A program made the translations under genes and the position numbers. A stretch of 64,000 bases of DNA. Origin: a virus. Its lineage: Duplodnaviria > Caudoviricetes. The stretch lies in IMG/VR virus record IMGVR_UViG_3300028591_005215, positions 32,001-96,000 of that record; one strand, written 5' to 3'. Below the pieces are notes generated by a model. That model did not search any database. It saw only the letters and a list, made by a program, of their open reading frames with translations, and had not been told where the DNA came from. Shown here one piece after another: positions 1 to 9,600 of this stretch (its first letter is position 1; the number at the start of each line of letters is the position of its first letter).

Positions 1-138
1 ATAGTAAATTATTTAATGTTGTTGTCATTTCTTTTAACATTAACAAATATATAAAAATCAAATTAAAAAATGAAACAATAATGCTCATTTAACACAACTT
101 TAACACTTAAAAGTTTTATTGAAAAAATTGTTAAATTG

Positions 139-228
139 TTTGGCAGTTTGGAAACAATTTAATATATTTGTCTTAGGAAAAATAATATACAATAAAAAGC
201 CTACCTAATAAAAATAGGTAGGTTTTTT
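139..228 (+). promoter_or_regulatory. Bacteroidetes-type promoter (TTTG 139-142, TATATTTG 163-170) followed directly by a terminator hairpin (194-228); copy 1
   Basis: -33/-7 elements 20 nt apart; hairpin aaaaagcctaccta/taggtaggtttttt; near-identical unit at 1077-1170. Confidence 0.6.
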
Positions 229-323
229 GTTATAAGACGTTTTATATTATTTGCTGATACCTTATACTATAATAGCAAAATAAAGCCCTATATCCAAAGG
301 AATAGGGCTTAAATTCAATTTTA

Positions 324-749
324 TTAATAAATTCGTGGTTCTCCACCATTCATATAGTAAGATAAACCGTTTATTTCATAGATAGGTTGATAAAAAGGCA
401 TAAAGTTACCAATATTCATAAACCCAATAAATTTAAATAATTTGTGTGGGTTCATAGGTGTAAGCTCTTCACCTTCACCGTTATAACCGATAGCTTTTAA
501 CTCTGTATCACCCCACAAACAATTTTTACGCTTTAAATTTTTAGACGTTAAAAAGTGTTTAATAAGGTAATTAAGACCTTTTTCAGCTTGTTCGTCAGTA
601 ACAAACACATCATTTTCCCCAATAGGTGAAAAATCAATATTTTCACCACGGTTTAAACGACTCTTAAGTAAGTTAATATCACGCTCACTGATAGTCTCTT
701 TTGCTACTGCTTCACTGATAACTATTTCACTTGCTCTTTTCTTTGCCAT
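324..749 (-). CDS. hypothetical protein (probable early gene)
   Basis: 141-aa ORF with an upstream promoter-like module and a downstream hairpin at about 281-311. Confidence 0.75.
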   Translation of the reverse strand: MAKKRASEIVISEAVAKETISERDINLLKSRLNRGENIDFSPIGENDVFVTDEQAEKGLNYLIKHFLTSKNLKRKNCLWGDTELKAIGYNGEGEELTPMNPHKLFKFIGFMNIGNFMPFYQPIYEINGLSYYMNGGEPRIY

Positions 750-848
750 AATAGTTTAATTTTAAAATGTTTATAACTTAATTGTGATAGGAATATAATA
801 CTTTATTTTTATTCTTGCAAATTTTTAATGAACTTTTTTTGAAGTTTT

Positions 849-953
849 TTACTCTTCTAAATCTTTAAGTTCTTTTTCCCAATCAACATCTGACTCGTAT
901 ACAAGACTACAAGCTAAAACTATTAACGCAACAATAATGAAAATTCCAAACAT
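849..953 (-). CDS. 34-aa membrane peptide (MFGIFIIVALIVLACSLVYESDVDWEKELKDLEE), below the ORF-track cutoff
   Basis: Translated by hand: hydrophobic N-half, acidic C-half; promoter-like module upstream at about 1000-1050. Confidence 0.5.
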   Translation of the reverse strand: MFGIFIIVALIVLACSLVYESDVDWEKELKDLEE

Positions 954-1076
954 ATTTTTTTCCTTTCTATTTAATTAATATTGTTATTTCTTTTAACGAC
1001 TGCAATATAACACTTTACTTTTGAATATGCAAGCTTTTAGGCAACTTTTTTTTATTTTTTTTTTCTTGCGATTTTG

Positions 1077-1170
1077 TTTGGTAGTTTGGAAAGAATTTAT
1101 TATATTTGTTTTAGGAAAAGAAATACATACATAAAAGAAAAGGCTATCTATTTTGTTAGATAACCTTTTC
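1077..1170 (+). promoter_or_regulatory. Bacteroidetes-type promoter (TTTG 1077-1080, TATATTTG 1101-1108) plus terminator hairpin (1138-1170); copy 2
   Basis: Direct repeat of 136-180 (TTGTTTGGyAGTTTGGAAAsAATTTAwTATATTTGTyTTAGGAAA). Confidence 0.6.
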
Positions 1171-1598
1171 TTTTTCGTTTATATTAATAAAGTAGGTAAA
1201 ATACGCCTATAGCTTTATTTTGTTGCTTTTAAGCGTTTATTATAATCTTCTGATAGAAATCTTTATACACTATTATAAATGCTAATTAGAGGCAAAATCT
1301 TGTTATTTGTTATCTTCTTTAATTGTAATAACAAGATAATACTTTATGATAGGAAAAGAATATATAAAAAAAAACGTACTACTTATCACAAGCAATACGT
1401 TAATTAATATTTAACTCGATTAATCAATGAATATTTGACATAATTATTTTCCTTTTTTTAATTGACTATATAAATGTATCGCTATACATTATTTTTATTC
1501 ATTCCCTTAACGTTAGCTAATATATACATTTCATTTTAAACTTGCAAATTTTTGAGCGACTTTTTTTAAAAAAATATTTATGCAATTAATATTCATAT

Positions 1599-1614
1599 TG
1601 TTTCACGTGAAACA
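1599..1614. promoter_or_regulatory. parS: parS centromere-like site TGTTTCACGTGAAACA
   Basis: Exact 16-bp palindrome matching the chromosomal ParB/Spo0J binding consensus, in non-coding DNA. Confidence 0.8.
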
Positions 1615-1616
1615 TA

Positions 1617-1673
1617 TGGGGGGTACTACCCTACTATACCCCACCCCTATCCGCACCCATAGGGGTAGGGGGA
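1617..1673. other. GC-rich island: hairpin (ACCCCTAT/ATAGGGGT) with four G-tracts on the minus strand
   Basis: Strong GC-rich patch in a very AT-rich intergenic region; minus strand reads GGG..GGGG-T-GGGG..GGG. Confidence 0.6.
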
Positions 1674-1706
1674 TTTTTAGTGCTTTATATGAGGGAACAG
1701 TTCTTT

Positions 1707-1935
1707 AAAAAATTCCAGAAAAAAAATTTCAATTTTTTAAATAAAGGCTTCTTTTTTTTAATACAGATAACAACTAAAAAAAAAATTCCAGAAAAAAATT
1801 TTCAATTCTTTAAATAAGTAAGGTATGTTTTTTATACTGTTATTCAGAAAATAATTTTCTATTTTTTTTAAATGGGGGGGCGTATATTTTTTATTACCCT
1901 TAATAAAAAAAATTCCAGAAAAATTTTTTGTAATT
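1707..1935 (+). repeat. three direct repeats AAAAAATTCCAGAAAAA(A)TTT (cores at about 1713, 1786, 1913), iteron-like
   Basis: Read directly; a degenerate fourth copy at about 1842. Confidence 0.7.
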
Positions 1936-2011
1936 TTTTAATAAAGAAGTCTGATTTTTAAAAAGTCATATAACTGTTATCACTGATAATGTTTTAGTGC
2001 AAATAATAATA

Positions 2012-2136
2012 AAAACCACTATCACATATAGTATGATAGTGGTTTAATAATTTTGTAATTACATTCATCTGCACTGCTTACCATATATAATAAAACTACA
2101 GTGCTTTGAATGAATGTCTTTACTACAATGATTTTC
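2012..2136 (-). ncRNA. candidate small RNA between promoter (2143-2150, -33 at 2171-2174) and terminator (2012-2045)
   Basis: Internal stem ACATTCAT..GCACTG/CAGTGC..ATGAATGT; only a 20-codon ORF inside. Confidence 0.35.
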
Positions 2137-2219
2137 ACAATGCAAATATATAGAAAAAATCTGAGAAAAACAAATTTATAGTAATATTTTTATAATGATA
2201 TAGAAGTTGGCACAAAACA

Positions 2220-2645
2220 TCAAATTATATTTTCAATGGCTTCTTTATTAATTATTATTGTCCCAACATCCCCTTGCCTATTAAATTCTATGACATCATA
2301 TCCAAGTTTTTTTGCTTTATATAACACTTTGCATAAATAAGAAAGATAATTATCGTTTCTATTAGGCTTAATTCTCATTTTTCTTTCTGTCGCTATTTTT
2401 GCGCTTGGTTTCATTTGATATATTGTTATATGATTTCCATAATCCATAGCCAATGCCTTATCTTTTGAGACAAATAAGTTATTATCCCAAAATTCATTAC
2501 CAGTGGCAATGTGCCTTGTTTCATTAGGGACTGTTCCTCTATAATATATATTACCACCTTTATGATGGTTTTGGCTAAGTTTATTTGTTACTTCTTGTAT
2601 AACTTTTTTTACAATTATATTCAAATCTGATTCTGTTATATTCAT
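2220..2645 (-). CDS. ADP-ribosyltransferase-fold protein with head-protein leader
   Basis: MNITESDLNIIVKKVIQE leader; YYRGT...LFVSKDKALAMDYG...GYDVIEF pattern typical of small ART domains. Confidence 0.55.
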   Translation of the reverse strand: MNITESDLNIIVKKVIQEVTNKLSQNHHKGGNIYYRGTVPNETRHIATGNEFWDNNLFVSKDKALAMDYGNHITIYQMKPSAKIATERKMRIKPNRNDNYLSYLCKVLYKAKKLGYDVIEFNRQGDVGTIIINKEAIENII

Positions 2646-2995
2646 ATTAAATGCATATTTTCTAATAAATAGTGTATAGAATCAATTTAATTGTACCATC
2701 TGCTATATTTTTTTATAAAAAAATGAATATTTTTTTTTCGAAGATTTATTATTTTACTAGCAAATAATAGCCTACACTATCGCCTTAATCACAACATTTT
2801 AAATATAGTGCTCAAAATTCTTCTTCCATATTTTGGGTAACATAATCGTACAAGTTATCTCTTGAGTCTTGGTCATAACAAGGATGATAATTTGGGCTAT
2901 CTAAATCCTTGTTGGTATATTTACTTTTTATTTTTCTTTTCATAATCAGTATAGTTTTTCATAAATTCTGCTAATGTAATAACATTATTCTAATT

Positions 2996-3295
2996 TTATT
3001 TTACTAACAAATTAGATACAAGTTTTCCTTCATTTAAAAACTTCTGTATTATATGATTATATTTTTCATCCCATGTCATCCAATGAAAAAGATTATGTCT
3101 TTTGCAATCCCAACGAAATGTGTTAATTAAATTTAAATATACTTCATTGCTGAATAAGAATTCACACAATGATTCTATTGTATTAAAGCTACCATAAAAT
3201 GAAGCTTGGTATAGTCCATTTTTAAAATCTTCATATATTTTATTTTTTATTAAAAATAATCTTAATATATACTCTACATCTTTATTGCTAATCAT
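2996..3295 (-). CDS. tandem paralog family member 12
   Basis: LFLIKNKIYEDF...FRW...W..WDEKY. Confidence 0.8.
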   Translation of the reverse strand: MISNKDVEYILRLFLIKNKIYEDFKNGLYQASFYGSFNTIESLCEFLFSNEVYLNLINTFRWDCKRHNLFHWMTWDEKYNHIIQKFLNEGKLVSNLLVK

Positions 3296-3567
3296 TTTTT
3301 TAATAAATTATTTATTAGTTTTGATTTGCTGTGCCATTCCATACTTATTTGAACCCAGTTGTCATAATCATCTATGAATACTTCCCAAGGAAATGCATAA
3401 CCTACTAATTCTGAATAACATTCTCCTACGTGTGTTAATAAGAAGTTTTCAAAATTGCTATCAACATATACATATTTAAATGCTTTAATATATTTTTCAT
3501 ATATGTTTCTTTTGATAAGAAATAATTTAAATAAAATTATCCTATCTTCCATAATGTTTTTATCCAT
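3292..3567 (-). CDS. tandem paralog family member 11
   Basis: LFLIKRNIYEKY...AFPW...W...W. Confidence 0.8.
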   Translation of the reverse strand: MDKNIMEDRIILFKLFLIKRNIYEKYIKAFKYVYVDSNFENFLLTHVGECYSELVGYAFPWEVFIDDYDNWVQISMEWHSKSKLINNLLKK

Positions 3568-3794
3568 TTTTTATGTATTTCTGACCAATTTACAAAATCA
3601 TTATACATTTTGTTTTCATTTAGCCAACCGAAAGCAACAAATACCCAATCAGTGGAACGTCTCGTATTAGCGAAATGTTTTATATCAATACCATTAGGCT
3701 TGTGCAAGGTACGTAGTGATAAAATATAACGTTCATAGGCATTATTCTTGATGAGAAGCAATTTAAATATTATTAGTATTTCATCTTTTTTCAT
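3537..3794 (-). CDS. tandem paralog family member 10
   Basis: LLLIKNNAYERY...AFGW...W...KKW. Confidence 0.8.
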   Translation of the reverse strand: MKKDEILIIFKLLLIKNNAYERYILSLRTLHKPNGIDIKHFANTRRSTDWVFVAFGWLNENKMYNDFVNWSEIHKKWIKTLWKIG

Positions 3795-4099
3795 TTTAAA
3801 TATTTTTTATTAAACTTTATTGCACTTTTCACCCATTTCCCATTACATCTACACCAATCAACATAGTTGCCATTCATTTCATTTTCCTCTTCCCAATTGA
3901 AAGCACCCATTATAAAATTTAATGGGGAACGGCTCTTAGTAAGAGAATCTAAATCAATATTAAGCGATTTATGAAGTGATTCTATAAATCTATCATATAA
4001 ACCACATTTTTTTAAGAATAGCACAAGCAATATTTTTTCTTCAGCATGCATATTTTTTTTTCCTATAAATGAAAACAGTATTTGTCTATATCTGTACAA
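3791..4099 (-). CDS. tandem paralog family member 9 (true start probably the internal MHAEE)
   Basis: LFLKKCGLYDRF...AFNW...W...GKW. Confidence 0.75.
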   Translation of the reverse strand: MYRYRQILFSFIGKKNMHAEEKILLVLFLKKCGLYDRFIESLHKSLNIDLDSLTKSRSPLNFIMGAFNWEEENEMNGNYVDWCRCNGKWVKSAIKFNKKYLK

Positions 4100-4386
4100 C
4101 TTCTTTTAAAGTTCGCTTTGACTATTTTATACCATTTATCATGATACAATGACCAACGTATATAATCTTTATAGTGCTTATTTTCATAATCCCATACAAA
4201 AGCACAACGTATCAGTGATTTTAATAAATTCATGTTTCGTATATTTTCAGACAAATATTGCGAAAAACTTATTTTATCAGCATCTATTGTAAGGTTGAAT
4301 CCTTCTTTAAATCTATCATATATTTTATTCTTAATCAAAAAGACTATGAAAATCGTCTCCGTGTCTTTGTAAGAAAGATAATACAT
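4063..4386 (-). CDS. tandem paralog family member 8
   Basis: VFLIKNKIYDRF...AFVW...W..YHDKW; close paralog of 4409-4720. Confidence 0.8.
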   Translation of the reverse strand: MYYLSYKDTETIFIVFLIKNKIYDRFKEGFNLTIDADKISFSQYLSENIRNMNLLKSLIRCAFVWDYENKHYKDYIRWSLYHDKWYKIVKANFKRSCTDIDKYCFHL

Positions 4387-4408
4387 AATTAATTTTTTAT
4401 ATTTAGTT

Positions 4409-4720
4409 TTATAATTTATTTTCCTTTAGCATGTTAAGATACATAAGATACAACGGAACAATTTTATGCCATTTATCATCATACGATGACCAATATATGT
4501 ATTTTTTATAAAATCTATTTTCATATTCCCATACAAAGGCTTGAAACATTAGTGTTTTTAACAAATCTACATTTAACATATGATTGTATAAATATTGCTC
4601 AAAACTTATTTCAGTTCTGCGTAATGGAAGTTGAAAACTTTTTTTGAATCTATCATATATTTTATTCTTAATTAAAAAGATTGAGAAAATCATTTTCGTG
4701 TCACCATAAAAACACATCAT
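4409..4720 (-). CDS. tandem paralog family member 7
   Basis: IFLIKNKIYDRF...AFVW...W..YDDKW. Confidence 0.8.
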   Translation of the reverse strand: MMCFYGDTKMIFSIFLIKNKIYDRFKKSFQLPLRRTEISFEQYLYNHMLNVDLLKTLMFQAFVWEYENRFYKKYIYWSSYDDKWHKIVPLYLMYLNMLKENKL

Positions 4721-4721
4721 A

Positions 4722-4991
4722 CTAATATCTTAAACGTAGTTTTCTACATATATTAAAAAATTTAGTGTCGAAATGAACCCAATAATTAATTCCGTCAGGT
4801 CTTTTAAAACTCCACGCAAATGAATTGATAACGGAAGTATTATAGTTTGGAGTATAATTCATACATAATCCTTCTATTGTTTTAAATTCTGGGCGAAATG
4901 GGTACTTTGCTAATGAATCTTTAAATTGCTCATATATTTTATTTTTTATTAAAAATAATCTTAATAAAATTTCCAAATCACGTCTATTCAT
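4722..4991 (-). CDS. tandem paralog family member 6
   Basis: LFLIKNKIYEQF...FAW...W..FDTKF; close paralog of 2996-3295. Confidence 0.8.
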   Translation of the reverse strand: MNRRDLEILLRLFLIKNKIYEQFKDSLAKYPFRPEFKTIEGLCMNYTPNYNTSVINSFAWSFKRPDGINYWVHFDTKFFNICRKLRLRY

Positions 4992-5263
4992 TATATCTTA
5001 TTTTTTTTACGTACTACAAAATAGTTTACAATTTTTTTCCAACGATTACTAATAAAATACCAATCAACATAATGACTTCTATCTCTGTTGTCGTATCCCC
5101 AAGAAAATGCAGATTCAATCAATTGAATTGGGTCTGATATTCTATTGTAATAAAAAGATTTAATTGTTATACGTGAGGACTTATATAATGATGTTTTATA
5201 TCTTTCTAATAAATCATTCTTTTTTAAAAAGATAATGAATACTATTAATAATTCTTCTTTCAT
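4991..5263 (-). CDS. tandem paralog family member 5
   Basis: IFLKKNDLLERY...AFSW...W...NRW. Confidence 0.8.
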   Translation of the reverse strand: MKEELLIVFIIFLKKNDLLERYKTSLYKSSRITIKSFYYNRISDPIQLIESAFSWGYDNRDRSHYVDWYFISNRWKKIVNYFVVRKKNKI

Positions 5264-5265
5264 AC

Positions 5266-5529
5266 TTATATTAGTCTAAGTATATTATTACAATAAAGTT
5301 TACCGTACCATATGTCATCTAATTTTTTAATAATTTCATAATTTCCTTTGATGCCATAATCTTTTATTACTAAAGTGTAGTCACGGAATGGTATATTTAA
5401 TGCCACCCACTCAATCGTTTTATCAGGTCCTAAGCTATTTATGAACCATTCATATTGCTTATGTTTGCAAAGGAAAACACGAAAAACCATTTCAATATCT
5501 TTACGGTTATATATCTCTACCTGTACCAT
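5266..5529 (-). CDS. tandem paralog family member 4
   Basis: VFLCKHKQYEWF...LDDIWYGKL; close paralog of 5530-5787. Confidence 0.8.
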   Translation of the reverse strand: MVQVEIYNRKDIEMVFRVFLCKHKQYEWFINSLGPDKTIEWVALNIPFRDYTLVIKDYGIKGNYEIIKKLDDIWYGKLYCNNILRLI

Positions 5530-5787
5530 TTAGTTCATTTTAATTATACCTTCTTGATAAAGTTTGCCATACCATATACCATCTAAATTTTTAAAAATTT
5601 CATAATTTATATGGTCATCAAAACCTTTTGCTTTTATCATGTAGTCACTGAAATGCGTATCAAGTGCAATTCTTTCAATTGTATCACCACATAAATATTT
5701 TATAAACCATTCATATTTTTTATGCTTGCAAAGGAAAATACGAAAAATTGTTTCAATATCTCCAATCTTATCTATTCGTACCTGCAT
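5530..5787 (-). CDS. tandem paralog family member 3
   Basis: IFLCKHKKYEWF...LDGIWYGKL. Confidence 0.8.
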   Translation of the reverse strand: MQVRIDKIGDIETIFRIFLCKHKKYEWFIKYLCGDTIERIALDTHFSDYMIKAKGFDDHINYEIFKNLDGIWYGKLYQEGIIKMN

Positions 5788-5825
5788 AATTTTACCTATT
5801 TAAATTTATATTGCCAAATTTACAA

Positions 5826-6158
5826 TTAATGGTAATCAAACATTATTATTTCATTACTAATTAGCTCAAAATACCATTTATTGTCTAACATATTAGCTAT
5901 TTCTTTTTCATCATTTGGAAGCCCAAGTAACTGTAAACAATAAGAAGCAGGTGAGCATATTGTATTTAGCTGGTTTATATTAAAATTTACATTTAATTTA
6001 CGATTATTTGGCAATCTTAAATTGTAGAATTCATAAAAGCCTTCTTTCATTAGAAAAATTTTAAATAGCATAAGCGATTCATCGCCTGCTTTAAATTTAA
6101 AATGCCCCATTGTAAATAATTTATCTTGTTTCATTTTTTTATTTTTGTCAGTTGGCAT
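5826..6158 (-). CDS. tandem paralog family member 2
   Basis: IFLMKEGFYEFY...LDNKWY. Confidence 0.75.
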   Translation of the reverse strand: MPTDKNKKMKQDKLFTMGHFKFKAGDESLMLFKIFLMKEGFYEFYNLRLPNNRKLNVNFNINQLNTICSPASYCLQLLGLPNDEKEIANMLDNKWYFELISNEIIMFDYH

Positions 6159-6170
6159 ACGCTATCATTA

Positions 6171-6482
6171 TTAATCTTCAAAGAGTTTATGATGATTTTT
6201 ACTATAAAAATTTTCCCATTTATATTGAAAATAACCCCAGTCTAACATATTTTCATACAATCTATTTTCAGAAGCCCATCCAAAGCTATCTATTAGCCTA
6301 TCTATAGATTTAAAAGTACGCTTTATTTTAATTAAACTATCTAACGAATTAACGTCCTTATAAAACGAAGTTTTAGAAAGCCCGCATAAAAATCTATCAT
6401 ATATGTTATTTTTTTTCAAAAACAATATAAAAACTGCTTTAATTAAAAATAACTGTTTGCTTTTATTTTTTTGATTACCCAT
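6171..6482 (-). CDS. tandem paralog family member 1 (first gene of the operon)
   Basis: LFLKKNNIYDRF...SFGW...W...YKW. Confidence 0.8.
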   Translation of the reverse strand: MGNQKNKSKQLFLIKAVFILFLKKNNIYDRFLCGLSKTSFYKDVNSLDSLIKIKRTFKSIDRLIDSFGWASENRLYENMLDWGYFQYKWENFYSKNHHKLFED

Positions 6483-6506
6483 AATATGTATATGTTATTT
6501 TATATG

Positions 6507-6538
6507 CAAATATAGTAAATTAAATCTGTAATAACAAA
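6507..6538 (-). promoter_or_regulatory. host-type promoter driving the paralog array
   Basis: TTTG-N20-TATATTTG on the minus strand, 24 nt upstream of the 6482 start. Confidence 0.65.
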
Positions 6539-6567
6539 TAAATTAAGAAACTTTAAGTTAAATAAAC

Positions 6568-6604
6568 AAAAAAGGTACACCCTTTAAAAGAGTATACCTT
6601 TTTA
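6568..6604. terminator. intrinsic terminator after the sialidase gene
   Basis: aaaaaaggtacac..gtatacctttttt hairpin. Confidence 0.65.
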
Positions 6605-6623
6605 TTATTAGAGATTTTTTCTA

Positions 6624-9600
6624 TTAATTATCATTACCACCTAAGAATGGTGTGCTTGTTGATGATGGATAGAATTGATTATGAATTATGTCATACATTC
6701 CATATACATTATCTGAATCACGCTTAACAGGTTTCATATTTAAGGTTGGGGTATCATTACCATTTATGTACAACTTAAATGAATAGAATTTACCACGATA
6801 AATCGGATATGATACAGTATTTTTATTACCAGCACTAAGTAAAGTTAAAGTGTTAGTGCCATTAGAGAATGAAACATAGTTTGAATCTAAAGCATCCCAA
6901 TGTTTAGTTGCAACACTTTCGTTAACTTTCAAACCGCCATCTTTAGTAGACCAATCAAATTCATATGAAACATTTATTTTTGTGTCAGCACTTAAGGTTA
7001 CTTTCTGATTTTGTAAATTTTCTCTTTTGTTACCGATGGTACCGCCATTACCATATAATCCTCTTTGATAAAATCCTAAAGTACAGAATGCGTTACCGTT
7101 ATGATTCAAAATTTGTACAAAATCTTCTTCAGTATCATCTATTGCTGACATAGAAACTTCTGCTTCAAATTTAACTTTATGAGTTTCTGACGAGAATGGG
7201 TTTATACCACAAATCTTAGCTACATTTTCACCATTATTACCTGCTGCTGTTGCTGATACAGTGTTCATAACCCAACCAACATCAGTATAAGTTTCAATGT
7301 TTGATACTACAATATCAACAGTCTTATCTTTAGCGTTTGTATGAGCCTTAACTGTAATAGTTTGGTTCTCTACATTTTCGTTAACTGTAATGTTGCCATT
7401 TTGGTCAATTGTAGCATATTCAGCGCCACTAATAATGCTAAATTGTATTTGTTCATTAGCCGTTACTGGTGTAATATTAGATATAGTTACATTACCGCTC
7501 TTATTAATAGTTTGTGGGGCTGACAATGTAAAGTCTTGCACGTATACTGTTTGGTCATAACCACCGCTGAAAGCAGTAGTAATAGATGGATAGAATTGTC
7601 CACTTAAATTACTATACATACCATACACATTATCTGATTTTCTTAAAGCTGCTCGTAAATCAAATTTTAATGTATTACCTTCATAAGCTTGTATATAATA
7701 TATTTGGCCGTTAAACGTATCACCAATGAATCTAGGAATTGCATAAAAACGTTGCGTTCCAATTGGGCTTAAACTGTCAAAACTTTTTGAAACTACACCT
7801 AAATTATTTACGTTTAGTGTTAATGTTCCTGCTTGTGTACTGCTAGAACTATTGTTCCCGAAATTACTTGTTGCTTCAATTTCGTAAACTGTATTAGGCT
7901 CAATTGTTAATGAATAGGTCAACCCACTATATGTGTTATTAGCTCCATCACGTTCCTCAATAGATATGCCATTTGAATTTATGTAAATAGAAAAATATAC
8001 ACTATTATGTGAGATGTCACCAGTACAAGGTGCAGTAAAATAAGTTGTACCTGTTGGTACGGCACTGCCAGTTTTTATCTTCAATTTAAATGTATATACT
8101 TCGCATTGATTAAGTTTAGATTCATAATAGTCAACGTAGCCTAATGCAGATTTCTGACTTCCGCTACCTTCTTGCTTTATCCAATTAACAAATTCAACAT
8201 CTTCTTTGTATTGAACCATCACAGTTTTTGTAGCTGTAGCGTGATAGCTACTACTAACGCAAGCAACTGTTACATTTGGTTTATAATAGTTAATCATACC
8301 ACTAGCAGTAGTTTGATTAGATAGCCCTAATTTTTTAGGTGTTAGCAGTCCTTCACTTGTTAAAGTTGCATAGTTAGAATCGTTAGTACCACTTAAAATC
8401 CATCTGTATTTTTCAGTATAATTGCTTGGCTCTATTGTAGCTGTATATTGTTTTGAAGTACCAATCGCTTCAGAATCGCCACTAATGGTAATAGCCGAAA
8501 TAGGGATAACTGTTGGATGATTCGCTTCTTCCAAAGTAGTTTTTAATTGAGGGACAATTTGTGGCATTTGGAGGAAATGAATACCATCATTACCTTCATA
8601 AACGTAAGCTAAATCCTTTTCAAAATAGTCCATATTAGAATACCCTAAATTAGAACCATTTTGTATTTCTACTGAACGTGTCCAACCATTAATACCATCA
8701 TTACTAACCCATAATGACATATTCATACGTTTATTATATGTTTCAACGGTTGCATTCATATTTGTATTATAGTCAAAAGACATTACATACATATTTTCAA
8801 TTTTATCAATGTCAGCTTGGCATTCAAGCTGTCTTGGGTCAAAATCATTGCTAACTGCTGTAAACGTGTCATTGTCAAAATCATATGTATAGCAATTCCT
8901 TTTATATGATGGTGTTGCATTTTTGTCATTGCTTCTTGCGTTCAAATATAGTTTTCCATCATTGCCTTCAAAGATAGCAACCTCATTATCACCAGCGTGT
9001 GGGGTAGTATTTGAATACGTCCAATCACCACCAACACGTTTATAAATTAAGCCACTATACCAATTATTATCAGTTTTAGTAGCCATAGCTGGCAAAACCA
9101 ATGTACCATCACTCATTTGAATACCATTTGTTGCAGCAACCCAAGAGCATTTAAATTTAGTTGAATTCCACTTATCTTTTGTTGATATTGGGTTAGACCA
9201 TGTTTTTCCATCATCATCAGAATACATGTATAAAGAATCACCTTCTTCTGTTGTAGCTGAGACTGCTTTTGCATGATTTGTTGACATATCTTTACGGTAA
9301 ACCAATACCCAAAGATAAATCCTACCTTTAACACCATGCACACCAGTTCTATCAATGACGAACATAGGGTTCATATATTTTAAGCTAGCACTTTCATCAT
9401 ATGCTAATAAAGTTCTATATTCCCAAGTTGTTGCAGAATAATTCCTACGAGCAAACAATATACTTGTATCAGTTTCATCTGCCACAGCTGGGCGGTCTTC
9501 GCAAGTTGCAATATAGTTTCCTTTATTTGTAATAGCTACTGAAGGAATACGTCTAAAAGACCCTGTGCCACTACCAGTATCAACACCACTTTTGAAAATT

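Noticed and set aside
136-1935. CRISPR array in the repeat-rich left region
   Set aside because: Repeats are few, degenerate and irregularly spaced, with no constant spacer length; no cas genes in the window.
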